Below, piece after piece: positions 30,164-39,860 of a DNA stretch of 64,000 nt; positions within the stretch are counted from its first letter, which is position 1; the number at the start of each line of letters is the position of its first letter. The DNA is from Nitrososphaerota archaeon (GTDB lineage Archaea; Thermoproteota; Nitrososphaeria_A; Caldarchaeales; JAVZCJ01), in NCBI GenBank assembly GCA_038817485.1, contig JAWAZL010000002.1:2918-66917 (forward strand), read 5' to 3'. The notes under the pieces are model-generated. The model saw only the letters and a list, made by a program, of their open reading frames with translations, was not told the origin of the DNA and ran no database searches. The position numbers and the translations under genes are program-made.

Positions 30164-31167
30164 TCAGGGGCTTCTCCTATGACTATTAAAGTTTCTAAAG
30201 GTTTAAATCCATTTTCTAATAAAATTTTCCTTCCTTCATTACTTATTAATAATTCAATAAATTTTTTAGCATTATCTTTATGTAATGCATTTTTTGGAAT
30301 TGTCAAACCATAAGATATGAAAGACCCTTTTAAAACTTCTTTACTTCCCTTCTCTCCAATTATTGTAACAAAAACTTTTGAGTAAAAATCATCTAATGAT
30401 TGTTCTGCTAAATTAATTTCTTTTGGTAATTCTACATACTTAAACTTTTTTGAAATCGCTATATTCTTATATTCAAATGCATAATCTATTACTCCAGTTT
30501 CAATAAGAGCCAAAAGATCTACTTCTTTACTTCTTATAAATATTTTTAGGGAGTCTGGATTAACTCCTTCGCTAGCATCAAAAAATATCCCACTTTCATT
30601 TAAAATATATTTAATTTCAGCATGTTTTTTTAACATTTTTAAAAGGCCCTCATTATTATAATAAATTGAAGCTAATCCTAAAACCATTAAGCTTCTATAT
30701 CCGCATGGGTCTTTATTAGGATCAGAAAAACCAATTCTAACATCAGGTTTTAATAAAATTTTTAACCAATTTTCAGAATTTATTTCATTAGAATATTTAC
30801 TTTTCTCAGTAAAAACTATAACTATTTCATTGGTTGCAAAAATTAAACTCCAATCAGCTTTTGAAGACATCATATTTGGAATTAATTTATAGTCTGATAC
30901 CATAACTATATCTGCTATTTTATCCAAATCAGTTATTTTTCTTATCGCATCAATACTTCCACTTGGTTCATTTAAAATTTCTATGTTATAATTGTTCTTC
31001 ATTATTAATGACAAATCTTCTATAACACTTGTAAGACTTCCAGCATGAAAAATTGTTATACTATTTTTGTAGGATAAAAAAGAGTGCTGAAAAAGAAATA
31101 CTAGAATAAGCATAAATGATAATACAATTAATAAAAGGGATTTTCTATTTCTATATAAAAGCCCCAT
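30145..31167 (-). CDS. Periplasmic/extracellular substrate-binding protein (WtpA/ModA-like)
   Basis: 340 aa with an N-terminal signal/anchor. It is first in the operon with the permease and ATPase. Confidence 0.6.
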   Translation of the reverse strand: MGLLYRNRKSLLLIVLSFMLILVFLFQHSFLSYKNSITIFHAGSLTSVIEDLSLIMKNNYNIEILNEPSGSIDAIRKITDLDKIADIVMVSDYKLIPNMMSSKADWSLIFATNEIVIVFTEKSKYSNEINSENWLKILLKPDVRIGFSDPNKDPCGYRSLMVLGLASIYYNNEGLLKMLKKHAEIKYILNESGIFFDASEGVNPDSLKIFIRSKEVDLLALIETGVIDYAFEYKNIAISKKFKYVELPKEINLAEQSLDDFYSKVFVTIIGEKGSKEVLKGSFISYGLTIPKNALHKDNAKKFIELLISNEGRKILLENGFKPLETLIVIGEAPEWLKRS

Positions 31168-31357
31168 TTTATTATTCTAAAAAATTTAGAAAGAAAGTTT
31201 TAATTAAAGTTTTATAACCGTTTTCATTCTATTTAATGAAATCAAAAAATATTCGATTAAAAAAAGACTTTTAAATTTTCGTTATTTTTTAAATCTTACA
31301 TTATTCTGTATATTAAAATTTGTAAAAATTATAATATTTTTAAGAAAAATTTATATT

Positions 31358-32371
31358 ATGAAAAACTTTAAAATTAAGTTATTAAAAGCACTTCATTATA
31401 GAATGATAAATATGAAACAAATATATAAAGAAAAAACAATATTGAATGCTATAAATCATCTTAAGAGAAAAGAAATGCTTTCTATTCTTAAAATACAAAC
31501 TACAGTAATAAAAACGATAGAAAATTTTATGATTTCAAGAGGATTTTTGCAATTAATGCCAATTATTACTGCTAATATTACAGATCCATTAGGTCCAGAT
31601 CCAGGAAGTGCCATAGTAGCCATTCCTAAAATAAAATATTACAACAAAGAATTGGTTTTAACACAAAGTATGATATTACATAAACAATTAGCATTATTAA
31701 GTGGAGCAGACAAAATATTCATAATGTCTCCAAATATAAGATTAGAAAATAGTTCTAGAAAAGAAACTTGCAAACATTTAATTGAATTTACTCAAATGGA
31801 TTTTGAAATAAAAAATGGAACAATGAATGATGTTATGTCTTTAATTGAAGACCTTATAATAGAAGTTATATCTAAAGTATTAAAAGAAAGAGAAGAAGAT
31901 TTAAAAATATTAGGAAGAGAATTAAAAATTCCCCAAAAACCTTTTAAAGTATATACTACACATGAACTTGAAGAAATTTATGGGAAAAATTGGGAAATAG
32001 AGGCTTCATTAAAACATGAACATCCTTTTTGGGCAATATGTTTTAAAAGAGAATTCTATGATAGAGAAGATCCTGAAAATCCTGGGCATTATAGAAACTA
32101 TGACTTAATATATCCAGAAGGTTTTGGAGAAGCTTTATCTGGAGGAGAAAGGGAATGGAATTATGATAGAATATTAACAAGGATTAAAAAAGATGGTTTA
32201 AACCCTAAGAATTTTAAAGAATATTTAGAAGTTGCAAAAATGGGTTTATTATCTCCTAGTGCTGGAGCTGGAATAGGTATAGAAAGACTTGTTAGATTTT
32301 TAACAGGTGCAAAACACATAGGTGATATACAACCTTTTAGAAGAGTTCCGGGTGAAGAAATAGTTTTTTAA
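31358..32371 (+). CDS. asnA: Archaeal AsnRS-like asparagine synthetase A (class II aaRS catalytic core only)
   Basis: Class II motif 2 is HLIEFTQMDFE and motif 3 is GAGIGIERLV. There is no anticodon-binding domain. Length is 337 aa. Confidence 0.6.
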   Translation: MKNFKIKLLKALHYRMINMKQIYKEKTILNAINHLKRKEMLSILKIQTTVIKTIENFMISRGFLQLMPIITANITDPLGPDPGSAIVAIPKIKYYNKELVLTQSMILHKQLALLSGADKIFIMSPNIRLENSSRKETCKHLIEFTQMDFEIKNGTMNDVMSLIEDLIIEVISKVLKEREEDLKILGRELKIPQKPFKVYTTHELEEIYGKNWEIEASLKHEHPFWAICFKREFYDREDPENPGHYRNYDLIYPEGFGEALSGGEREWNYDRILTRIKKDGLNPKNFKEYLEVAKMGLLSPSAGAGIGIERLVRFLTGAKHIGDIQPFRRVPGEEIVF

Positions 32372-32424
32372 AAATATACTTTATTATTTTTAATTTTAGA
32401 ACGATATTTCTATTACCAGAAATA

Positions 32425-32470
32425 TCTTCTTACCATATTTTAGTCTTCCTTTCTAGAAGCATAATGAACC
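32425..32470 (+). repeat. Partial second copy of the IS right-end terminus, 130 bp outside the element
   Basis: ccagaaatatcttcttaccatattttagtcttcctttctagaag aligns with ccagaatagcttcctaccatagtctagcccctccttctggaa at 32596. Confidence 0.5.
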
Positions 32471-32589
32471 CTTTATTTTATTGAAAAATTAACTTAAGTA
32501 GAGCTTGGTTTATATCTGTCTAAGAATTTCGATAGTTCTTTCTATGTATTCTTAAAAGCATTTATATGAGAATTGTTTATTAATCATAA

Positions 32590-32905
32590 TTATTGCCAGA
32601 ATAGCTTCCTACCATAGTCTAGCCCCTCCTTCTGGAACCCGCCTATACTCAGGTTGAAAGAGTATGGGTGGCACTCCTCCCATCAGGAGGCGACCGCAGG
32701 ATAACTAAGCTATCCAACCCTTTTCATTGCTAATTTGTTGAATTAGCTCGGGCTTCTGCTTCAGGTATTCTTCCTTAGCAGAATGCTGGTTTCCTATGGG
32801 TAGGAAGCTTGGTTCTGGCTACCTTTCCCTTAAGCCCTTAGGCATTGGGAAAAGCAACCTTTCTAAGATATTCAATTGTTCTTTTTGCAATATTGTTTGA
32901 AGCAT
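32590..32905 (-). ncRNA. GC-rich right-end / ωRNA-like scaffold of the IS200/IS605-family element, immediately 3' of the tnpB remnant
   Basis: About 300 nt at markedly higher GC than the surroundings. It contains multiple stems (for example gcgaccgcaggataactaagc). Its terminal 60 nt are repeated in degenerate form at about 10505, 16695 and 32425. Confidence 0.45.
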
Positions 32906-33992
32906 TTAAATGTTTATCAAATTTATATCCACATTGCATTCAAACATTCTCCCATTTATTTTTCCATAGCTTTCGCATTTGCTACATATATTTGAAGTAT
33001 TCTTTGCTTTTACTAATGTTTGTTTTAGATTTCTTTGATTTTTACTAAAAGTCGGTATATATGTTAATACTTTCATAGAATAATTCCACAGACTCTTTTC
33101 AAATGTTCTTTTTATTATTTTTCTAAGCCATTCTGCACTCTTTTTATTTGTTTTCTTGCTATCGTTTCCAGCTTCATAGTCTTTAAGATTTTCAAATGAA
33201 ATTATTGCAATTTCACAATTATATTGTTTTATACTCTCTAATGCAATATCAATAAGCTTTTTAGAAGTCTTCTCTATCCAATCTTTATTTTGTCTTTGTA
33301 TTCTTTTGTTTATTCTTTGGAATAATTCATTGTATTTTACTGAAACTCCATGATTTTCTTGTAATCTCCATTTTACAATTTCTTGGAATTGATGGCTTTT
33401 AATTTTTGGTTTAATAAAAGCAAATTTCATTGGTTTTATTGAATTATCTTTAGTATTCCATATCCATAAAGAATAAGCTACGCCATGTTTTGAATTTAAA
33501 TCAACACCTATTACTGCAATTCTTTGTAGTTCCTTAAATTCTTCTTTAGTTAATAGTTTAATGTTTTTCTTTAAAATTACATGCAATTCCCAAATGTCCT
33601 TTTTTGATTATTTCTCTTCTTTTATGATGCCCTTTCTTATAACTTGGTGGTAGAACTCTTATCATCGTAGCTTTTGCTCCATTTTCAATTTCTTTTTTAA
33701 GATAATCCATTTGTTTTCAGCAATTTTTATTGGAGTCCTTTTATATTTTCTCTAAAGATGTTAACCATATTATATTATTTTCAAAGTCTATATTGAAACC
33801 AGTTTCGCAAAATGTTAAATGAGATACATTGAATTTATTGAATAGTTTCATTGAAGCTTTTAATGTTGATAGTAAATCAAATTCTATATTTCTTCTATAT
33901 CTATACTTTGCAATATTCCAAGCATTTAATATATTATAAAGATATTCATTATTATCAATAGTTTTTAATTTTACAATTTTCCTTATTTGCAT
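32906..33992 (-). pseudogene. tnpB: IS200/IS605-family TnpB (OrfB) gene, split by two frameshifts into three pieces
   Basis: N-terminal 83-aa ORF 33741..33992. A middle piece MDYLKKEIENGAKATMIRVLPPSYKKGHHKRR is in another frame. The C-terminal 226-aa ORF 32906..33586 carries RuvC-I IGVDLN, RuvC-II ISFENL, the Zn finger CSKC...C and RuvC-III NVDINLINI. Confidence 0.7.
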
Positions 33993-34339
33993 AATATCAC
34001 CTCCTAGAGCTAGAGCAAGCTATGTAAGAATAGAAAATTCCCTAGAATTCTAAGAAAAATTAAAAAATGGATTTTAGAAAATAGCTATCGCTAAGAAAAA
34101 GCTACTCTATAGCTTACTCCAAAAGCTCCAATATATAATATTAATTACTTCTTTATAGACATTCTGATGGAATTCAGAGAGCACTTAGATGGAACTTAGA
34201 AGAATTTAGATATTTTTCTATATTTAAAATAGAATAAAAATCTTGTTTTTATTTCTTTAAATATTTTAGAAATTATTCATAAGTATGAAAAATATGGGAA
34301 AATAAATAAAACATTTATAAAACCTAAGAAAAAGGCGGA

Positions 34340-34540
34340 CAATATTTCAGAACAGCAATTAAATATAGTAGCTTCTATTCCTTATATTGGAGAAAAATAT
34401 GCAGAAAGATTATTAAAAAATTTAAAAACTATAAAGAATAATTAATAAATGTAACCCTCAAACATTAAGTTTAGTAGCTAATATTCCTCCAAAAAATGCT
34501 TATAAAATTTGGTTAATTTTAAATAAAGAAAATAAAGAAT
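34340..34540 (+). pseudogene. Possible remnant of an HhH2-domain (XPF/Hef-like C-terminal) gene
   Basis: Two short frame-broken segments read ...ASIPYIGEKYAERLLKNL... and ...LSLVANIPPKNAYKIWLIL..., resembling tandem helix-hairpin-helix motifs. There is no intact ORF. Confidence 0.25.
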
Positions 34541-34715
34541 TATGATAAAAATAATGCTTTCAATATGTTCTTATAAAGATATAAAAACAAGAGAAATAAA
34601 TGATAAAATTTGGATAATATTTTCTCCAATTAGAATAATAATAACATTAAAAGGAAATTCTTTTTTTAACATTTATATAAAATTCTCAAAGTTTATATGT
34701 ATTTATTTTTTTCTT

Positions 34716-35078
34716 TTATGTTATAAGTGGTTTTTCTACTCCCTTCACAGCTTTTAATGCTACTATTTTTGATAGGTAATTGTTTATTGTGACTATTGTC
34801 CCCCAAGTAACGAATGTGACAATTGACATAGCTGTACCCACGGTAGACATTTCGTGAAGCATTATTGGTATATCTGCAGGATTAGCCATAGCTGTTAGGA
34901 ATGGTGGCCATGGTACTACTTCTCCATGCCAAACATGCTCAAGCGCTAATAGTATTACGCCTCCCCATAATAGTGAGTTTAGCAAGCCTAACTTTAATTT
35001 TTCAGCTAATTTTCTTGCAGCTTTCTGCATGATAGTTGTTATGATTGCTAAACCCATGGGAACTAGAAAACAAGCCAT
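34716..35078 (-). CDS. Small membrane protein (3 TM), paralogous to 35169..35462. The coding DNA is GC-richer than average.
   Basis: 120 aa. The shared pattern with its neighbour is LLWGGVILLALEHV...F...ML...W. Confidence 0.5.
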   Translation of the reverse strand: MACFLVPMGLAIITTIMQKAARKLAEKLKLGLLNSLLWGGVILLALEHVWHGEVVPWPPFLTAMANPADIPIMLHEMSTVGTAMSIVTFVTWGTIVTINNYLSKIVALKAVKGVEKPLIT

Positions 35079-35089
35079 ACCCTTACCCC

Positions 35090-35119
35090 AGTATTACTAA
35101 ATTTAAATTTAGTAATACT
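35090..35119. promoter_or_regulatory. Perfect 30-bp palindrome AGTATTACTAAATTTAAATTTAGTAATACT centred in the divergent intergenic region
   Basis: Read directly: 15-bp arms, no spacer, midway between two divergently transcribed paralogous genes. Confidence 0.6.
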
Positions 35120-35168
35120 AATATATAAGTTTTTAATAATCATTATAGTATAAAGCGGGGGAAGTGTT

Positions 35169-35462
35169 ATGTGGCTCGTGATCCTTGCATTCTCTTCAGT
35201 AATTTCTACTGCTATATGGTATTCGCAAGCTGAAGAAGATAAGTACATGCTTAAATTTCTTAGTTTAATACTTTGGGGAGCAACAATAATGGTTTTTGTT
35301 GATCATATTGCGAGATATTTAACAGAAGGTGGAGAATTCTTCGAGTTAACTAGTGATGCTATGCTTTTAGGCTTTATTTTATTAATTGTAGCACTTTTAA
35401 TTTGGGAAATAGCTTTATTACTTAAAGATCCTAAAGGTGTACTTTATAAAAGAAGTAGATAA
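35169..35462 (+). CDS. Small membrane protein (3 TM), paralogous to 34716..35078
   Basis: 97 aa. It has the LILWGATIMVFVDHI and LLGFILLIVALLIWEI segments. Confidence 0.5.
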   Translation: MWLVILAFSSVISTAIWYSQAEEDKYMLKFLSLILWGATIMVFVDHIARYLTEGGEFFELTSDAMLLGFILLIVALLIWEIALLLKDPKGVLYKRSR

Positions 35463-35789
35463 AAACTCTTACTATATCCTTTTTTTCTTTAGGTTTAACA
35501 AATAATGTTTTATCATTATTAGATAACATTTTACATATAATCATATTTAAAAATTTCAATAGTATTAACAACTGAATAATCCATACATTTTATTGCATAT
35601 TCTGTTATATATATTATGTGAAGCGTTATTAAAAACATTATCAAATTTAAGAATGGGTAATCTTCATTTATTTTTTCATTTTTAATAACATTTTTTAATT
35701 TCTCAATAAGTGCGTTGCACTCACTTTATTTTTCATGTATAGAAATAAATATTTAATAAGGAGATTATAGAAAAAAATTTATAGTTTCA

Positions 35790-36608
35790 ATGAAAGATTC
35801 AAGTATTATTTTAAAAGAAATTAAATGTAAATCCTTATTAAATAAAAGTTTTCTAGCTGACTATTGTATTAACCCCTATATTGGTTGTCAACATGGGTGC
35901 GTATACTGTTATGCTGATTATTACACAAAAAAATACACATCCCATAAAGAAAAATGGGGCACGTTTATTGATATAAAAATTAATGCGTTGGAAATTTTAA
36001 AAAAAGAAATTAGGAAGAAAAGAAAAGGCACAGTTTTTATAAGTAGTTTGACCGATGCTTATCAACCAATTGAAAGAAAATATGAAATAACTAGAAAAAT
36101 ACTTGAAGAGCTCTTAAAATATCAATTCCCAATTACTATTCAAACAAAATCTTCATTAATTTTAAGAGATATAGATTTACTTTCTAAATTTAAAAATTGT
36201 GAAATAGGATTTACAATAACCACTCTAAATGAAGATAGTAAAAGAATATTTGAGCCATATTCTTCTTCAATAGAAGAGAAAATTAATGCATTGGAAATTT
36301 TAAGTGAAAAGAAAATAAAAACATACATATTCTTTGGACCAATATTACCTTATGTATCAGATATCGATCTTGAAAATTATTTTAAAACTATTTCAAAATT
36401 TAGAATAAAATATGTCTACATAGATAAGCTTAATTTAAAGCCAGGAGTATGGGATAGATTAGAAAAAACACTTGATATTAATTATCCTGAACTTATTGAT
36501 AAATGGGAGAGTATATTTTTTCAAAGGGATAATTATTATAAAGAATTAAAAAAAGAAATAATAAAACTCTGCGAGAAAAACGGTATAAAATATATTTTCT
36601 GCTATTAA
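35790..36608 (+). CDS. Radical-SAM protein of the SplB/DNA-repair-photolyase-like family (COG1533-like)
   Basis: The CxxxCxxC cluster is NPYIGCQHGCVYCYADYY. Length is 272 aa. Confidence 0.65.
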   Translation: MKDSSIILKEIKCKSLLNKSFLADYCINPYIGCQHGCVYCYADYYTKKYTSHKEKWGTFIDIKINALEILKKEIRKKRKGTVFISSLTDAYQPIERKYEITRKILEELLKYQFPITIQTKSSLILRDIDLLSKFKNCEIGFTITTLNEDSKRIFEPYSSSIEEKINALEILSEKKIKTYIFFGPILPYVSDIDLENYFKTISKFRIKYVYIDKLNLKPGVWDRLEKTLDINYPELIDKWESIFFQRDNYYKELKKEIIKLCEKNGIKYIFCY

Positions 36609-36722
36609 ATCTAAAATCGATATTTATTAAAATCAAATTATAAGAAAGTTGAATTATAGGTTCTTTGAGAATTAAAAATTATTGAAGTAGTTTAAGAATT
36701 TATTTTTTTATTACGCTAAAAA

Positions 36723-37559
36723 TTAAGTTTCACTTGATTCGAGCATTTTCTTAACTATTATTTCTGATTTATTAGTTGCTGCCTCAACTGCTTTCATTAT
36801 AGCAGTTCTAATACTGCTATTTTCAACTTCATATATTGCTTCAATAGTTACACCTGCAGGTGTAACAACCATATCTTTAAGCTCAGCAGGATGTTTCCCA
36901 GTTTCAAGAACTAATTTTCCTAATCCTATAAATGCTTGAGCAGAAGAAAGTAAAGAAAGATCTCTTGGTAAACCAACTTTTAAACCTGCGTAACTTAAAG
37001 CTTCTAATACGACAGCTAAATAAGCAGGCGCACTTCCACTCAAAGCGGTTATTGCATTCATGAATTTTTCTTCTACTCTAGCATATTTTCCCATTGCTTT
37101 AAATATCGTTTCAGCTTTTTTAATATCTTCTTCACTTACATCTTCTTCTAAACAATATGCAGTGAAAGACTCTTGCACTAAAATAGCTATATTAGGCATT
37201 GCTCTTATAAATCTAGCTTTAGGGATTGTTTTTTTAAGAAGAGAAAGGGGAATAGCTGCTGCTACTGAAATAACAAGTTTATTTTCTATTTCTTTTTCTA
37301 TTTCTTTTAATACATTTATAATATCATGTGGTTTAACAGATAATATTATAATATCTGCTTTTGAAGCAGCAAGTTTATTATTGGAAGTAATTTCAACTCC
37401 CATTTTTTCAAGATCTTTTAATTTTTCTATATTCCTTCTAGTTGCTATAAGCTTTTTAAAACCTTCCTTTAATAAACTTTTTACAATAGCAGTACCTATA
37501 GTACCAGCTCCTATAATAGCAATAGTATTTTCTTTATAGGATTTCTCTAATCCAGACAT
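36723..37559 (-). CDS. proC: Pyrroline-5-carboxylate reductase
   Basis: NAD fold IAIIGAGTIGTAI. The C-terminal P5CR dimerisation signature is ALSGSAPAYLAVVLEAL...GVTIEAI. Confidence 0.8.
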   Translation of the reverse strand: MSGLEKSYKENTIAIIGAGTIGTAIVKSLLKEGFKKLIATRRNIEKLKDLEKMGVEITSNNKLAASKADIIILSVKPHDIINVLKEIEKEIENKLVISVAAAIPLSLLKKTIPKARFIRAMPNIAILVQESFTAYCLEEDVSEEDIKKAETIFKAMGKYARVEEKFMNAITALSGSAPAYLAVVLEALSYAGLKVGLPRDLSLLSSAQAFIGLGKLVLETGKHPAELKDMVVTPAGVTIEAIYEVENSSIRTAIMKAVEAATNKSEIIVKKMLESSET

Positions 37560-37646
37560 TAAAATTCTTAAGCTATTTTCAAGTATTAAAGTTTTTGCAT
37601 TTTTGTTTAATATATTTTTTACCGTCTTATTTTATATTAGCCTTTT

Positions 37647-38705
37647 TTATATATAAAAATTAAATAATAAACAATTTAACTTTCTGACAGAGAAAATGGA
37701 ACACGCTTTTCTTTTTTTCTTAAGAAATGGAAATACTAGTATACCCACCCCTATTATTGCAAATATTGCAGCTATATAAGCTGGAGGTAAAAGACTTGTA
37801 CGTGTTTTTTCAAATTCTTTTGGAATCGTAATTTTTACTTCTCCTAAATCAGTTTGTAGGAGCATGACATCCCCTTCCATTCTTATTATTTTACCACGAA
37901 TTGTGCCAACATCAGTTTTAATTATTGCGCTATCTTCTTCGATATGAGTTACTTTAGCATTTATATTATTCAATGTAACATTTACCACCCCAATATCCGT
38001 CTGAATTTCAGCTATTTCTTCAATAATCCTTTTTATTTTTGCATTTATGCTAATTAAATCAGTTTCTATCATACCAAGGTCAGTATTTATTGCTACTAAA
38101 GTCTTATTAATAGAAACGATTTTTCCATTAATTGTTTCAATATCTGCTTTAATTAAACCAATACTTGTTTGTATAGTAGCTATTCTACCAGATATTGAAG
38201 TTAAGTTTGCATTTATGGAAGATATATTCACTTTTATTATACCAATATCTGTTTGTATAGTAGCTATTTTATTTTCAATCGATATTAATTTAGAATCCCA
38301 TGATGTAAGTTTATCACTTATGAGAAAACTTTTTAGGGATATGCCCCTAGAAATATTTCCACCACCTAAATCATATACTGCACTAACAACTAATGCGTAG
38401 AGACCAGTTAAAGCATTTAATGGAATTTGACATTTTGCTTTATAAAGTCCTGTTGCTATATGAGTTAAAGATATTGAAATAGAAGTAGGTCCATACAAAT
38501 TTAAAGTAATGGTAGAAGGATTTACAGCTGTTCCATTATAACTTATTAATATATAAAATTCTGCAATTTCTCCTCTAAAATATATCGCTCCTGTATCTAT
38601 TTCAATATCCAATGGTAAAATAGCATACGTAATTTTTGTGTACGATTGGAAAGATAAAAATAAGACTAGAATAAAAATTAAAAATTTTCTTAAAGAGCTT
38701 AACAT
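37647..38705 (-). CDS. Secreted, C-terminally anchored surface protein with about five tandem 28-aa repeats (IQTDIGxIKxxIxxINxxL...)
   Basis: N-terminal signal peptide, repeat block from 37850 to 38330, C-terminal TM helix followed by KKKRK. Confidence 0.55.
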   Translation of the reverse strand: MLSSLRKFLIFILVLFLSFQSYTKITYAILPLDIEIDTGAIYFRGEIAEFYILISYNGTAVNPSTITLNLYGPTSISISLTHIATGLYKAKCQIPLNALTGLYALVVSAVYDLGGGNISRGISLKSFLISDKLTSWDSKLISIENKIATIQTDIGIIKVNISSINANLTSISGRIATIQTSIGLIKADIETINGKIVSINKTLVAINTDLGMIETDLISINAKIKRIIEEIAEIQTDIGVVNVTLNNINAKVTHIEEDSAIIKTDVGTIRGKIIRMEGDVMLLQTDLGEVKITIPKEFEKTRTSLLPPAYIAAIFAIIGVGILVFPFLKKKRKACSIFSVRKLNCLLFNFYI

Positions 38706-38791
38706 ATCGTTTATATCTATAATAATGGTGGCTTAAAAATTTTCTTTTCTTCACAAAAAGGTTTAAATAATTTAATAATTAATGTATACTC

Positions 38792-38938
38792 ATGAAAAAA
38801 TTAACAAAAGATCAAGTATTAACCTCAATTTCTATCATTATACTACTTTTTACAGCAATGATTAATTGGAATGTTTATTCATGGTTAATTCTAATTGCTA
38901 TAATTATAATATTAATTGCATGGTATTTCAAAAAATAA
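38792..38938 (+). CDS. Possible small membrane protein (48 aa)
   Basis: MKKLTKDQVLTSISIIILLFTAMINWNVYSWLILIAIIIILIAWYFKK. It is below the ORF-track cut-off. The call is tentative. Confidence 0.25.
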   Translation: MKKLTKDQVLTSISIIILLFTAMINWNVYSWLILIAIIIILIAWYFKK

Positions 38939-39515
38939 ATTAATTTATCATAAATTTTTACATATTTAGAATCAGAATCCTAATGTTCTTTATTTATATA
39001 GAAAACTTAAATATTGTTACATATTCTTTATAAAATGTGATTTTTATTCCTTTTTAAAAGATAAATTTAACTTTAATTCTAAATTCTTCTTCCATATATT
39101 TTCACTTTACAATATTTTATTAAATTTTATTATAGTTAAATTATTAAATTTAAAAACATATACTTAATATTTAGTTTCAAATTTATGACAACCATTTAAA
39201 ATTATTATTTTTTTTATTTCTTAATAAATAATATTTCTTTTCCAGAATTTGTTAATATTATATTTTTCTCTAATTATTTTTATTAACCCTAATTCTTCAA
39301 TTTCTTGTTTCCTAATTGTTACTACTTCAAATTGTTTTAAAGTAGGCTCATAATATTATTTTGTGATAGAGTTTAAATGAATTTAGAATTTATGACTTAT
39401 CTTTATTTTCCCTTTTTTTTTAAAAAATAGCAACTTAAGTTTTAATTGAAATTTATTGTATAAAAATCTTCTAATATTCATTTAGTAGCATAAGTAATGT
39501 AAAATAGTAAATTTA

Positions 39516-39623
39516 TGCCGGGGGTGGGATTTGAACCCACGACAACCGGAATTCATCTTTCTTGATTATGAATCCAGCCAGTCTTGGGGTCCGGCACTCT
39601 AAGCCAGTCTGAGTTACCCCGGC
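39516..39623 (-). tRNA. Intron-containing tRNA (108 nt). It best fits elongator tRNA-Met (anticodon CAU) with two short introns. The alternative is a single 32-nt canonical intron with anticodon CCA.
   Basis: Acceptor GCCGGGG/CCCCGGC with discriminator A, D-arm ACTC...GAGT, T-arm GTGGG-TTCAAAT-CCCAC. The internal hairpin CTGGA-TTCATAA-TCCGG gives a canonical anticodon loop (U33, CAU, A37). A TATA box lies at about 39650 on the minus strand. Confidence 0.8.
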
Positions 39624-39860
39624 TTTATCCCCATGTAAAAAATTATTATATACTTACAACTTTATTAATTTTTACAACATTCATTCAAAAATATGAGTAA
39701 TACTTTCCCAAAAAATAGACTTACATAAAGACTTTCTAAAAAGAGGAATTTTTAGTTTTTAAATTTTTTATAATCCAGTATCATCCAATTTTTCATTATT
39801 TAAGATTTTAGTATAATATTATTTGGAAAAATAATAGAAAATTTATGAACTATATATTTT

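Larger units (their letters stand above)
32590..34060 (-). mobile_element. Degenerate IS200/IS605-family (tnpB-only, IS1341-group-like) insertion sequence, about 1.45 kb
   Basis: TnpB remnant plus the GC-rich right end. The left boundary is estimated near the palindromic TAGAATTCTA segment around 34040. Boundaries are approximate. Confidence 0.5.
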
